The notes under the pieces were generated by a model that was not told where the DNA came from, did no database searches, and worked only from the letters and a program-made list of their open reading frames with translations. Position numbers and translations under genes: made by a program. Of a stretch of 64,000 nt of DNA, positions 17,726 through 28,518 are shown piece after piece. Positions within the stretch are counted from its first letter, which is position 1; every line of letters starts with the position of its first letter. Origin of the DNA: Alphaproteobacteria bacterium (GTDB taxonomy: Bacteria; Pseudomonadota; Alphaproteobacteria; MPNO01); contig CBDFLJ010000002.1 of the NCBI GenBank assembly GCA_965248835.1, forward strand, positions 992,001 through 1,056,000, written 5' to 3'.

Positions 17726-19348
17726 TCATCCCGGTTCGCCGCGCGCGGCCGATAGCGCTTCGGGCGTATCGACGTCGACCAGCACGCCGCCGTCCTCCAT
17801 AGCGACCTCGACGACCGACTCCACGTGCTCGCCGATCAGGTGGCGCGCGCCGGTATCGCCGGCAACCTGAGCCATCTCCTCGAAGAAGCGCCGGTGCCAG
17901 ACCACCGGGTTGCCGCGCTTGCCGTTATGGGTCGGCACACAGATCGCCGGCCGGTCGTGGGCGGCGAAGGCCTCGATCAGCCGATCGAGGTGGGCGGGCC
18001 TCACCCGCGGCATGTCGCCGAGACAGAACACCGCGCCATCGACATCCTCGGGAATGCCCGTGACCGCCGCCTGCAGCGAGCTGGCGAGCCCGCTGGCGTA
18101 GTTCGGATTGTGGACGAAGCGCACCGGGCGGTCGCCGACCGCATCACGCAGGCGTGCGGCCTCGTGACCGGTCACCACCACGACAGGATCGGCGCGGGAG
18201 GCCAAGATGGTCTCCACCGTGCGCACGATCATCGGCACCCCGTCGATCTCGGCCAGCAGCTTGTTGATCCGGCCCATCCGGCGGGATTGACCGGCGGCAA
18301 GCACGACGCCGGCAACCCGAGCCTCCGCGGGACCGGCGGCCGGTCCGCCCTCGCGCGGCTGAGGCCGGCTCGCGATCTCCTTCAACAGCCCGCCCACCCC
18401 CATTCCGGCGAGGTCGGCGCCGGTGACCGCCACGCCGGCGACCAGCCGCTGCAGCACCCAGTCGAAGCCGTGCAGCCGGGTCGAGCGCGCCGAGCCGGGA
18501 AGACCTAGGACATGCATCGCGCCCAGCCTGCCCAGCAGCGTCAGGTTGCCCGGATCGATCGGCATGCCGAGCCGGTCGATCGATCCGCCGGCCTGTTGCA
18601 CCGCCAGCGGGATCACGTCCCGCCGGTCGACAATGGCCGAAGCGCCCAGCACCAGGGCGATCGCGATCCCGTCGGCGCGAAAGGCCTCGAGCATCCGGGC
18701 GACCGCTTCCTCCTCATGGGCTGTCTGTTCGCAGCGGGCGAGCACCGCGCCCATCGGCGCAAGGCGGACGCGCGTGGCCTCGACGGTCTTTTGCGCAAGC
18801 CCCGGCTTGAGGCCCGGCAGCACGGTCTGGATGAGGCCGATCCGGCACGGCGCGAAGGCTGCGATCCGGACGACCGGCGCCTGGTCCCGCGCAATCGTCA
18901 TCGCCGCGTCCAGCACCGCGCCCGGCACGGCGAACGGGATGACCTTGACCGTCGCGGCGATCCCGCGCGCGGCGACCGGTTGGAACGGCGCGACGGTGGC
19001 GATGGTCAGCCTCTCATCGACGGCGTTGATCGCATCGATCGCCGAGCGGTCGAGGATCGCAAGACCCGGCGCGGCCGCCCGCAGGTTGGCGCGTCCGGTA
19101 AACGCCCGATCGAGCCTGAGCCCGGGCCCGATCACCGCGCCGGCGAGTCGGCCGGCAGCCTCGTTCTCACCGACGTCGCCGGGTTCGAGCCGCGCTGCGA
19201 TGACCGCTTCATGTCCCGCGCGTTCGAGCGCGGCGAGGTCGGCGGCGTCGATCACGTGGCCCTTCTTCAGGCTGCGCCCGGCAAGACGCATCGCATGGGC
19301 AAGCAGCGCGCCCTCAGCATCGGCCAGCCTGGTCAGGCCGAACTTCAC
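17726..19348 (-). CDS. MoeA-like domain fused to MocA-like molybdenum cofactor cytidylyltransferase
   Basis: FTGRANL, GMPIDPGNL, VLAAGQSRRMG..NKLL, LGDMP, KRGNPV, DVDT. Confidence 0.88.
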   Translation of the reverse strand: MKFGLTRLADAEGALLAHAMRLAGRSLKKGHVIDAADLAALERAGHEAVIAARLEPGDVGENEAAGRLAGAVIGPGLRLDRAFTGRANLRAAAPGLAILDRSAIDAINAVDERLTIATVAPFQPVAARGIAATVKVIPFAVPGAVLDAAMTIARDQAPVVRIAAFAPCRIGLIQTVLPGLKPGLAQKTVEATRVRLAPMGAVLARCEQTAHEEEAVARMLEAFRADGIAIALVLGASAIVDRRDVIPLAVQQAGGSIDRLGMPIDPGNLTLLGRLGAMHVLGLPGSARSTRLHGFDWVLQRLVAGVAVTGADLAGMGVGGLLKEIASRPQPREGGPAAGPAEARVAGVVLAAGQSRRMGRINKLLAEIDGVPMIVRTVETILASRADPVVVVTGHEAARLRDAVGDRPVRFVHNPNYASGLASSLQAAVTGIPEDVDGAVFCLGDMPRVRPAHLDRLIEAFAAHDRPAICVPTHNGKRGNPVVWHRRFFEEMAQVAGDTGARHLIGEHVESVVEVAMEDGGVLVDVDTPEALSAARGEPG

Positions 19349-20052
19349 GCCGCGGCGTGCTCCTTTTCGTGCAGCACCTGGGTGACCTGGCCGAGGATGG
19401 AGACCGCGATCTCGGCCGGCGAGACCGCGCCCAGAGACAGCCCGACGGGGCCGTGGATGCGCGCGATCTCGTCCTCGCCGAAACCTGCCTCCCTCAGCCG
19501 CTCGACCCGTGCGGCATGGGTCCGCCGGCTGCCCAGCGCGCCGATATAGAAGGCATCCGAGCGCAGCACCGCGGCAAGCGCGGGATCGTCGATCTTGGGA
19601 TCGTGGGTCAGCGTGACCACCGCCGTGCGCCGGTCGGCGTCGAGCGGCGGCAGCGCCTCGTCGGGCCATTCGTTGACCAGCGTGACCCCCGGGAAACGGT
19701 CGTCGGTGGCGAACGAGCCGCGCGGGTCGATCACCGTGACGTCGTAGCCCGAGACCGCGGCCATACGGGCCAGGGGCTGTGCGATATGGACGGCGCCGAC
19801 GATCAACATCCTGAGCGGCGGGTTGAAGACCTGGACGAACACGGTGCCGGCCTCGGTCTCGACCGTGGTGGATCTGTCGTCCCGGATCGCCGCGTCGATG
19901 GCCGCGCGCAGGCCGTCGTCGATCCCGACCGCGCCCTCGGCGCGGTCGGGATAGGCCAGCGTCTGCCCGCCGTTTTCGAGGTGGGTGACCAGCGCGAACT
20001 GACGCTTGGCCGCGCGGTGCTCCAGGAGCTGCTCGAGAATCGCGGTCTTCAT
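19345..20052 (-). CDS. XdhC/CoxF-family Moco maturation factor (C-terminal type)
   Basis: IVGAVHIAQ, LTHDPKIDD, YIGALGSRRT, HGPVGL. Confidence 0.9.
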   Translation of the reverse strand: MKTAILEQLLEHRAAKRQFALVTHLENGGQTLAYPDRAEGAVGIDDGLRAAIDAAIRDDRSTTVETEAGTVFVQVFNPPLRMLIVGAVHIAQPLARMAAVSGYDVTVIDPRGSFATDDRFPGVTLVNEWPDEALPPLDADRRTAVVTLTHDPKIDDPALAAVLRSDAFYIGALGSRRTHAARVERLREAGFGEDEIARIHGPVGLSLGAVSPAEIAVSILGQVTQVLHEKEHAAA

Positions 20053-20382
20053 CTAGTCGAGCTTCTCGACATAGACCTGGACCTGGCCGCCGCAGGCGAG
20101 ACCGACTTCCCAGGCGTGCTCGTTGGTCACGCCGTAATCGAGGATCCTGGGCGTGCCGTCGGCCATGACCTCAAGCGCCTCGTGGATGACCGCGCCCTCG
20201 ATGCAGCCGCCGGAGACCGAGCCGACGAAGTTGCGGTCCGCATCGATCGCCAGATGGCTTCCGACCGGCCGCGGCGAGGAGCCCCAGGTCTTGATCACCG
20301 TTGCCAACGCCACCTCGCGGCCCTGGTTACGCCATGTCCGAGCTTCATTCAGCACGTCGTCATCTTTGGCCGGAGCGTTCAT
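20053..20382 (-). CDS. XdhC/CoxI-family protein (N-terminal domain)
   Basis: ATVIKTWGSSPRP, GSVSGGCIEG, VGLACGG. Confidence 0.9.
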   Translation of the reverse strand: MNAPAKDDDVLNEARTWRNQGREVALATVIKTWGSSPRPVGSHLAIDADRNFVGSVSGGCIEGAVIHEALEVMADGTPRILDYGVTNEHAWEVGLACGGQVQVYVEKLD

Positions 20383-21650
20383 GCCGAGAGCATCTGCAGC
20401 CATTCTTCCATTCCCTGTCTGCGCCGGCCGGCGGGGCGGCTGAGCGCGGTGATCAATTCGTCCAGACTCTGAAGATTGTGCACCGGCCGGAACTCGTCAA
20501 CATGGGGCAGCAGCGACCGGATGCCCTGCGAACGCGGCTCGAAGCCTTCGAAGCGCAGCAGCGGGTTGAGCCAGATCAACCGGCGGCACGACTTGTGGAG
20601 CCGCTCGACCTCCTCGGTCAGCCCGCGCCCGGCATCGCGGTCGAGCCCGTCGCTGATCAGGATCACCACCGCGCCCTGGCCGAGCACCCGGCGCGACCAG
20701 TGGCGGTTGAAAGCATTCAAGCTTTCGCCGATCCGGGTGCCGCCGGACCAGTCCTCGACCGCGGCCGTGATCTTCGTCACCGCGATGTCGACATCGCGGT
20801 AGCGCAGGAACCGCGCGACGTTGGTGAGCCTGGTGCCGAAGAGGAACGTGTGGACCCGGTCGCGGTCGTTGGTCAGCGTGTGCATGAAATGCAGGAACAT
20901 CCGGGTGTAGCGGCTCATCGATCCCGAGATGTCGCACAGGATGACCAGGGGCGGCGGGCGCCTGCGGCGCCGCCGCCATTTGAGCGGAATGCTCGCGCCG
21001 CCGGAGCGCAGCGCGGCCCTGAGCGTGGCCCGCATGTCCACCCGGCTGCGCCGCGGAGCCGGCTGGAACCGGCGGATCGGGACCTCGGCGATGGGCAGGT
21101 GCATCCGGGCGATCGCCGCCTTGGCGCGGGCGATTTCGTCTGCGGTCATCTCCTCGAAGTCCATCTCCTGGAGCAGCTCGTTGGCCGAGGCGGTCATCGC
21201 CGCATCGAGCTCGATCTCCTCCTCGCGCTCGCGTTCTTCGTCCGCCTTGTCGGAGTCGTCCTTCGGGGTCAGCGCATCGAGCAGCCGCCGGCTCGGCGGC
21301 TCGGCCTCGGGCGGAGGAGGGGCCTCGCCGGCCGGCAGGACGATCCCCATCATCCGCTCGAGGATCTTGGGGTCGCGCCAGAAGATGTGGAAGGCCTGGT
21401 CGAACAGCTCGTGCTGGTCACGCCGGTTGACGAACACCGCGTGCAGCGCCCAGTAGAAATCGGTCCGGTTCTTGAGCCCCACCTCGCGCACCGCGCCGAC
21501 GGCATCGAGAATCTTGCCGGTACCGACCGGCAGCCCGGCCGCACGAAGGATGCGGCCGAAATGCATCACGTTGGCGACCAGGCGGCTTCCTTCGAGCCCG
21601 CCCAGCAGGTCGAACGGGCTCGACGGCGCCACGTCGCCGTTGGCGGTCAT
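20379..21650 (-). CDS. coxE: CoxE VWA-domain protein
   Basis: FGRILRAAGL, CDISGSM MIDAS, DWSGGTRIG, LISDG, WLNPL. Confidence 0.92.
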   Translation of the reverse strand: MTANGDVAPSSPFDLLGGLEGSRLVANVMHFGRILRAAGLPVGTGKILDAVGAVREVGLKNRTDFYWALHAVFVNRRDQHELFDQAFHIFWRDPKILERMMGIVLPAGEAPPPPEAEPPSRRLLDALTPKDDSDKADEEREREEEIELDAAMTASANELLQEMDFEEMTADEIARAKAAIARMHLPIAEVPIRRFQPAPRRSRVDMRATLRAALRSGGASIPLKWRRRRRRPPPLVILCDISGSMSRYTRMFLHFMHTLTNDRDRVHTFLFGTRLTNVARFLRYRDVDIAVTKITAAVEDWSGGTRIGESLNAFNRHWSRRVLGQGAVVILISDGLDRDAGRGLTEEVERLHKSCRRLIWLNPLLRFEGFEPRSQGIRSLLPHVDEFRPVHNLQSLDELITALSRPAGRRRQGMEEWLQMLSA

Positions 21651-22570
21651 CTCTGGGCCTGGGCGAGCTGGGCCTTGACTTCGTTGAGGATCGCCGCGGC
21701 CTCGGAGCCGCGCACCTTCTCGATGTCGTCCTGATATTTGAGCAGCACGCCCAGCGTCGCGTTCACGGTATCGGGTTCGAGGTCGATCTTGTCGAGCTGG
21801 ACCAGCGCGTTGGTCCAGTCGATGGTCTCGGCCACGCCCGGCAGTTTGAACAGATCCTTGCTGCGCAGCTCCTGGACGAAGGCCACCACCTGGCGCGACA
21901 ACTCCTGGGCGACGCCCGGGACCTTGACGTTGAGAATCTCGAGCTCGCGCGCGGCATCAGGGTAGTCGACCCAGAAATAGAAGCACCGGCGCTTGATCGC
22001 ATCGTGGATCTCGCGCGTGCGGTTCGAGGTGACGATCACGATCGGCGGGTGCGGTGCGTGAATGGTGCCGATCTCCGGAATGGTGACCTGGAAGTCGGAC
22101 AGCACCTCGAGCAGAAAGGCCTCGAACGGCTCGTCGGTGCGGTCAAGCTCGTCGATCAGCAGCACTGGCGGAAGACCCGATATGTCGGGCTCGAGCGCCT
22201 GGAGCAGCGGCCGCTTGATCAGGAACCGCTCGGAGAAGATGCCCTCTTCGATCCGGTCGCGGTCGCGGTCGCCGGTCGCCTCGGCGATGCGGATGTCGAT
22301 CATCTGCAGGCTGTAGTTCCACTCGTAGACCGCGGATGCGACATCGAGTCCTTCGTAGCACTGCAGCCGGATCAGCCGCCGGCCGAGCGCCTCGGAGAGC
22401 ACCTTGCCGATCTCGGTCTTGCCGACGCCGGCCTCGCCTTCCAGGAACAGCGGCCGCGACAGCGTGAGCGACAGATAGAGCGCGGTCGCCAGAGACCGGT
22501 CCGCGACGTAGCGGCCCTTGGCGAGCATATCGACGACGTCGTCGACGGAGGCGGGTAGTGACGCGGTCAT
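21647..22570 (-). CDS. coxD: CoxD MoxR-type AAA+ ATPase
   Basis: GEAGVGKT Walker A, LIRLQCYEG, LLIDE Walker B, TSNRTRE. Confidence 0.93.
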   Translation of the reverse strand: MTASLPASVDDVVDMLAKGRYVADRSLATALYLSLTLSRPLFLEGEAGVGKTEIGKVLSEALGRRLIRLQCYEGLDVASAVYEWNYSLQMIDIRIAEATGDRDRDRIEEGIFSERFLIKRPLLQALEPDISGLPPVLLIDELDRTDEPFEAFLLEVLSDFQVTIPEIGTIHAPHPPIVIVTSNRTREIHDAIKRRCFYFWVDYPDAARELEILNVKVPGVAQELSRQVVAFVQELRSKDLFKLPGVAETIDWTNALVQLDKIDLEPDTVNATLGVLLKYQDDIEKVRGSEAAAILNEVKAQLAQAQR

Positions 22571-22704
22571 GGCACACTCGTGATCCTGTGATCAACGGGT
22601 CGATCGATAACGGCAATCTCCCGGAAACGGGACGGGGAGATCGACACCCGATCTCCCCGCATTGACTATCCCGCCGGGGCGGACCCGGCGCAACCGGTAA
22701 GGAC

Positions 22705-23502
22705 TCAGCCGTTGGCCTCGGCAACCGCCCGCTTGGCCATGATGGTGACCAGGTGCGCGCGGTATTCCGCGCTGGCGTGGATGTCGCTGTTGAGGTCGGC
22801 GTCGGGCACTTTGATGTCGGCCACCGCCTCGGGCGCGAAATTGCCGGACAAGGCCTGCTCCATCTCCGCGTTGCGGTGCACGCAGGCGCCCGCACCGGTT
22901 ACCGCCACACGCGGCCCGCCCGCGGTCTGGGCAACGAACACGCCGACGATGGCGTAGCGCGAGGCGGGGTTGGGAAACTTCATGTAGGCCGCCTTGGAGG
23001 GCACGGGGAAGCTCACCCCGGTGACCATCTCGTCGGGCTCGAGCGGGGTCTCGAACATCCCGGTGAAGAAGTCATCGCCGGCGATCTCGCGTTTGTTGGT
23101 GTGTACGGTGGCGCCGAGCCCGACCACCGCGGCCGGATAGTCGGCTGCCGGGTCGTTGTTGGCGATCGAGCCGCCGATGGTGCCGCGGTTGCGCACCTGT
23201 GGATCACCGATCCCGCCGGCGAGCTTGGCGAGCGCCGGGATCGCCTTTTGCACATCGGCCGAGGCGTTGACCGCCGCGTGGGTGGTCATGCCGCCGATGG
23301 TGACCCTGTCGCCGGAGACCGTGATGCCGACGAGGCTGTCGACGCCGGCGAGGTCCACCAGATCCGACGGGTTGGCAAGGCGCTGCTTGATCGTCGGGAT
23401 TAGCGTCATGCCGCCGGACAGGAACCGGCCGTCCTCGGCGCCGCCGACCGCGGCAACCGCGTCATCGACCGATGATGCCTTGCGGTAGTTGAAATCATAC
23501 AT
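22705..23502 (-). CDS. coxM: CoxM/CutM FAD-binding medium subunit
   Basis: SGGMTLIP, IGDPQVRNRGTIGGS, DPAADYP, KFPNPASRYA. Confidence 0.92.
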   Translation of the reverse strand: MYDFNYRKASSVDDAVAAVGGAEDGRFLSGGMTLIPTIKQRLANPSDLVDLAGVDSLVGITVSGDRVTIGGMTTHAAVNASADVQKAIPALAKLAGGIGDPQVRNRGTIGGSIANNDPAADYPAAVVGLGATVHTNKREIAGDDFFTGMFETPLEPDEMVTGVSFPVPSKAAYMKFPNPASRYAIVGVFVAQTAGGPRVAVTGAGACVHRNAEMEQALSGNFAPEAVADIKVPDADLNSDIHASAEYRAHLVTIMAKRAVAEANG

Positions 23503-23534
23503 CGTCCAAAGACTCCTTGTTCGACGCCCCGGTC

Positions 23535-25904
23535 CTACGACGCCCTGGCGTTCTGGATGGCCTGCCAGACGTTGTTCGACGTCGCCGGCATATCGACATG
23601 GTTGATCCCGAACGGCGCCAGCGCGTTGACGACCGCGTTCATCACCGCAGCCGGCGCACCGATCGCGCCGATCTCGCCCACCCCTTTGACGCCCAAGGGG
23701 TTCATCGGGCACGGCGTGACGGTGTGGTCGAGGTCGAGGCTCGGCACGTCGTCGGCCCGCGGAAGCTGATAGTCCATCAGCGAGCCGGTCAGCGGCTGGC
23801 CGGAGTCGTCGAACACGACCTGCTCGCACAGGGCCTGGCCGATGCCGTGGACCACCCCGCCATGGACCTGTCCCTCGACGATCATCGGGTTGACGATGTT
23901 GCCGACGTCATCGACCGCGGTGAAGCGCTCGACCGCGACCGCGCCGGTCTCCGGGTCGATCTCGATCTCGCAGACATAAGCGGCATACGGGAAGTTGAAG
24001 TTGATCGGGTCGAAATAGGCCTGCTCGTCGAGCCCGGGTTCGAGCTCTTCCAGCGGGTAGTTGTGCGGCACGTAGGCCGCGAACGCGACCTCGCCGATCG
24101 AGGTCGACTTGTCGGTGCCCTTGACAGTAAAGGTGCCGCCCTCGAAGTCGATGTCCTCGACCGAGGCCTCCATCAGGTGGGCGGCGATCTTCTTGCCCTT
24201 GTCGATGATCTTGTCCATCGCCCGGTCGATCGCGCTGCCGCCGACCGACAGCGAGCGCGAGCCGTAGGTGCCCATGCCCATGGTCGACCGGTCGGTGTCG
24301 CCCTCGACGACCTCGACGTTCTCCAGAGGCACGCCGAGCTTGTCGGTAATGAGCTGGGCGAAGGTGGTCTCATGGCCCTGGCCGTGACTGTGGGTGCCGG
24401 CGAAAACGGTCACCGTCCCGGTCGCGTTGAAGCGGACCTGCGCGGACTCGTACAGCCCGGCGCGGGCGCCCAGGGCACCGGCGATGGCCGACGGTGCGGC
24501 GCCGGTTGCCTCGATCGGGGTGGCGATGCCGATGCCGCGCAGCTTGCCGGCGGACTCCGAGGCCTGCCTGCGCGCATCGAAGCCCGACCAATCGGATGCA
24601 TCGACCGCGATGTCCATGGTCTTTTCGTACTGGCCGGAATCGTAGAGCAAGGCCACCGGAGTCTGGTAGGGGAACGCATCGGCCGGGATCATGTTGCGCC
24701 GGCGGATCTCGACCGGATCGACGCCGGTGACGCGCGATGCCTCGTCGATGATGCGCTCCACCAGGTAGGTCGCCTCGGGCCGGCCCGCGCCGCGCAGCGC
24801 ATCGACCGGCGTGGTGTGGGTAAACACCGCCTTGACGTTGGTCCAGATCGCCGGCGTGGTGTACTGCCCGGCGAACAGGGTCGCGTAGAGATAGGTCGGG
24901 ACCAGCGGCGCGAAGGCCGACAGATAGGCACCCATATTCGCCGTCGTCAGCACCCTGAGGCCGGTGAATTTGGCATCGCCGTCGAGCGCGAGCTCGACCC
25001 TGGTGACATGGTCCCGTCCGTGGGTGTCGGTGATGAAGGATTCCGCGCGCTGGGCGGTCCAGCGGACCGGCCGCGCCAGCTTCCGCGCGGCCCAGCAGAC
25101 GATCGCGTATTCGCAATAAGGCGGGACCTTGGTGCCGAACCCGCCGCCGACATCGGGCGAGACGACCCGGAACTTGTGTTCCGGCTGATTGAGGACGAAG
25201 GCGCCGAGCAGCAGACGCATCGCATGCGCCGCCTGGGCGGTGCAATAAAGCGTCAGTTTGCCATCTCCCGGATTGTAGTCGGCGGCGGCGGCGCGCGGCT
25301 CCATCGGATGGGGCAGGATGCGCTGGTTGACCAACTCCAACGTGGCCACCGTCGCCGCACCTTCGAACGCGGCATCGGTCGTCGCCTTGTCGCCGAAGTC
25401 CCAGTCGAAGCAGAGGTTGTTTGCGGCCTCGGCGTGGACCTGCGGCGCGCCCGCATCGGCCGCGGTCGCGGTCGCAGCGGAGGCCGGCTGCGCCCGGTAG
25501 TCGACCGCGATCAGCGCCGCCGCATCGGCCGCCTGTTCGGCGGTCTCGGCGATCACCGCGGCGACGACCTCGCCGACATACCGTGCCGTGCCTTGGGCCA
25601 TGACCGGCCATTTGGGCTCGGCCATCGGAGTCTCGTCGTTGGACGTGATCCCCCAGCCGCACGGCATGCCGCCGATACCGTCGGCATCGGCGTCCGCACC
25701 GGTCAGCACCGTGACCACGCCCGGCGCCTTGGCGGCCGCGCTGGTGTCGATGCCGCCGATCCGCGCATGGGCGTGCGGCGAGCGCAGCATATGGGCGAAC
25801 AGCTCGCCCGGTTTCGTGTTGTCGTCGGTGTAGTTGCCGCGACCGGTCAGGAAGCGGAAGTCTTCCTTGCGCTTGACCGCCGCGCCGATTCCTCCCTCGC
25901 GCAT
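23535..25904 (-). CDS. coxL: Xanthine oxidase-family Mo subunit, form II CoxL-like
   Basis: [55 protein letters not shown]. Confidence 0.9.
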   Translation of the reverse strand: MREGGIGAAVKRKEDFRFLTGRGNYTDDNTKPGELFAHMLRSPHAHARIGGIDTSAAAKAPGVVTVLTGADADADGIGGMPCGWGITSNDETPMAEPKWPVMAQGTARYVGEVVAAVIAETAEQAADAAALIAVDYRAQPASAATATAADAGAPQVHAEAANNLCFDWDFGDKATTDAAFEGAATVATLELVNQRILPHPMEPRAAAADYNPGDGKLTLYCTAQAAHAMRLLLGAFVLNQPEHKFRVVSPDVGGGFGTKVPPYCEYAIVCWAARKLARPVRWTAQRAESFITDTHGRDHVTRVELALDGDAKFTGLRVLTTANMGAYLSAFAPLVPTYLYATLFAGQYTTPAIWTNVKAVFTHTTPVDALRGAGRPEATYLVERIIDEASRVTGVDPVEIRRRNMIPADAFPYQTPVALLYDSGQYEKTMDIAVDASDWSGFDARRQASESAGKLRGIGIATPIEATGAAPSAIAGALGARAGLYESAQVRFNATGTVTVFAGTHSHGQGHETTFAQLITDKLGVPLENVEVVEGDTDRSTMGMGTYGSRSLSVGGSAIDRAMDKIIDKGKKIAAHLMEASVEDIDFEGGTFTVKGTDKSTSIGEVAFAAYVPHNYPLEELEPGLDEQAYFDPINFNFPYAAYVCEIEIDPETGAVAVERFTAVDDVGNIVNPMIVEGQVHGGVVHGIGQALCEQVVFDDSGQPLTGSLMDYQLPRADDVPSLDLDHTVTPCPMNPLGVKGVGEIGAIGAPAAVMNAVVNALAPFGINHVDMPATSNNVWQAIQNARAS

Positions 25905-25929
25905 CGATTCGCCTCCCGGGTCAAGGGCT

Positions 25930-26406
<477 letters not shown>

Positions 26407-26581
26407 CTGTGCCTCCTTGAGTCGGCCGGTGCCTCTGCCGGCCTCATCGATACCGAAAACCCTTCGCCAGGACGGGCGCGCGTATCGGGATCCCCCTTGC
26501 CCCCCGGTCCTTGTTGAGCGGCAGTATCCCGCCGAGCCCCGGGCAGGTCAAGGCATCGGGCCTTGCCCCGCCGCGATTTCC

Positions 26582-27166
26582 TCAGGCCAGCACGATGATC
26601 AAGACGACGACCACGATCGCCACCAGGCCGCCGATCCAGACCGCCGGGCTGAGCCCGCCGGTATCGGCGCCGGCCGCCGGAGGCGAGGCGGCGGGCTCCG
26701 GTTCGGCCGGTGCATCCGGCGCGGCGAGCTCGCCGACCGTTGCGGCGAATTTGCCGAAGAAGTCGTCGGCCATCTTGCGGGCCGTGGCATCGATCAGCCG
26801 CGAGCCGATCTGGGCGAGCTTGCCGCCGACGGTCGCATTGGCCGCGTAGGCGAGCACCGTCTCGCTGCCGTCCTCGGTGAGCGTGACCGAGGCGCCGCCC
26901 TTGGCGAAGCCGGCGACGCCGCCCTGACCCTCGCCGCTGATGGTGTAGCCGTTGGGCGGATCGATGTCCGAAAGCTGGACCTTGCCGGTGAACTTGGCCG
27001 AGACCGGGCCGACCTTGGAGGTGACCTTGGCGCTGAACTCGGTGTCGGAGGTCTTTTCCAGCTCCTCGCAGCCGGCGATGCACTGCTTGAGGATCGCCGG
27101 GTCGTTGAGTGCCTCCCAGACCCGCTCGCGCGGAGCGGAAATCCGGTATTCGCCGGTCATATCCAT
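26582..27166 (-). CDS. coxG: CoxG SRPBCC protein with C-terminal membrane anchor
   Basis: VWEALNDP..L..CIAGCE, GGKLAQIGSRLI, C-terminal TM segment. Confidence 0.93.
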   Translation of the reverse strand: MDMTGEYRISAPRERVWEALNDPAILKQCIAGCEELEKTSDTEFSAKVTSKVGPVSAKFTGKVQLSDIDPPNGYTISGEGQGGVAGFAKGGASVTLTEDGSETVLAYAANATVGGKLAQIGSRLIDATARKMADDFFGKFAATVGELAAPDAPAEPEPAASPPAAGADTGGLSPAVWIGGLVAIVVVVLIIVLA

Positions 27167-27390
27167 GGAACGCCTCCGGAGCCTGACGCGACAGGCTCGC
27201 TATCTGGTTGAATCGGCCCGAAAATAGGCGCTCGGCAACAAAGCGGCAAGAGTCTCGGCAATTCTCCTTTTGGCGTTGGGCGTCATATTCCAGGGTTTCA
27301 CGGCGGTTTTCGAAGGTATTGCGGTGGGGGATGCGGCAGGCGGTCGGGCCAGAGGTTCGGCATCGGCGACCTCTCGAAGCGTGGACGCGG

Positions 27391-27427
27391 CTCCATATAT
27401 GGGCTACGATGTGGCCCATATATGGAG
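27391..27427. promoter_or_regulatory. 14-bp perfect inverted repeat; probable TA autorepression operator
   Basis: CTCCATATATGGGC-N9-GCCCATATATGGAG overlaps the GGAG RBS of the antitoxin gene. Confidence 0.75.
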
Positions 27428-27433
27428 AATCAC

Positions 27434-27691
27434 ATGACCACAGTCGTTCGCGCCCGCATCGACGAGAAGATCAAGGACGAAGCCACGGCCGTGCTGGGCT
27501 CCATCGGCCTGACGGTCTCCGACGCGTTCCGCCTGATGATGGTGCGGATCGCGGTCGAGAAGCGGCTGCCCTTCGATCCCCTGGTGCCCAACGAGGAGAC
27601 GGTCGAAGCCCTGAAGGCGGCGCGGCGCGGCGATCTGGTCGAGGTCGGCGGCGTCGACGAGCTGATGGCCGACCTCGATGCGGACGATTAG
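27434..27691 (+). CDS. dinJ: RelB/DinJ-family antitoxin
   Basis: VVRARID..IK.EA..VL..IGLTVSDAFR, LPFDPLVPN.ET. Confidence 0.9.
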   Translation: MTTVVRARIDEKIKDEATAVLGSIGLTVSDAFRLMMVRIAVEKRLPFDPLVPNEETVEALKAARRGDLVEVGGVDELMADLDADD

Positions 27692-27959
27692 GCGGACCGC
27701 AGCTTTCAAGCGAGATTACAAACGCGAGAAGAAGGGCCGGTTCGCCAAGACGCTGGACGAGACCCTCAGGGCCGTCGTCGCCGATCTCACGGCCGACCGG
27801 ATCCTCCCCCGGCGCTGTCACGACCACGCCCTGACCGGGGCATGGAAGGACTTCCGGGACTGCCACGTCCGGCCCGATCTGGTGCTGATCTACCGCAAGC
27901 CGGACGCCGAGCACCTCGATCTGGTGCGCTTCGGCTCCCACAGCGAGCTCGGTCTTTGA
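27678..27959 (+). CDS. yafQ: YafQ-family mRNA interferase toxin
   Basis: FKRDYKR, DHALTG.W..FRDCHVRPDLVLIY, RFGSHSEL; overlaps the antitoxin gene. Confidence 0.92.
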   Translation: MRTIRRTAAFKRDYKREKKGRFAKTLDETLRAVVADLTADRILPRRCHDHALTGAWKDFRDCHVRPDLVLIYRKPDAEHLDLVRFGSHSELGL

Positions 27960-28094
27960 GCGCCACGGTCATCACCGTAGCGAGCCGGCCGCCGGATTGA
28001 GCCGGTAGCAGCGCTCGATCGTCGGCGCCAGACCCTCACCGCGGCCGATATGGCGCGCGATGGCCCCCTCGACCTGCTCGATCACGATGTCGAG

Positions 28095-28270
28095 GGCGAG
28101 ATAGTGGTGGCGGCGATCCAGGCGCTGCGCGGCGTGGCCACGATCTCTGCCATCACGCTGGTGTGGCCGAGATCGGCGACTTCCGTCGCTTCACCAACCC
28201 CCGCGAGCTCATGGCCTGGCTCGGGCTGGTGCCGCGCGAGCGCTCCTCCGGCGCGACCACCATCCGCGAC
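28095..28270 (+). mobile_element. IS110-family transposase remnant
   Basis: IQALRGVATISA.., then AEIGDFRRFTNPRELMAWLGLVPRERSSG after a frameshift. Confidence 0.8.
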
Positions 28271-28518
28271 GTTTGAGACAGAGGAAGGCCCGAGACGAAC
28301 CACGGTCCTGCGGTAAACAACCCGCGCATCAGAGTCTGATCAACCGTCGTCTCTCGCCGCCGCGCCCAGCCGTGTACAGCCCGACAACAACAACGCTGGA
28401 AACAGCGAGACTACAAGCGCGTCTAAAAACTTGATAACGGACATGAGAAACACATCCTCAACCCGTTGAAAACCACCAGAATATAAAAAGTAGAATTGCG
28501 GCAAGAGTCTCGGCCGGC

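Noticed and set aside
23535-25904. True form I aerobic CO dehydrogenase
   Set aside because: Lacks AYxCSFR with its Cu-binding Cys, and the gene order is S-L-M rather than M-S-L.
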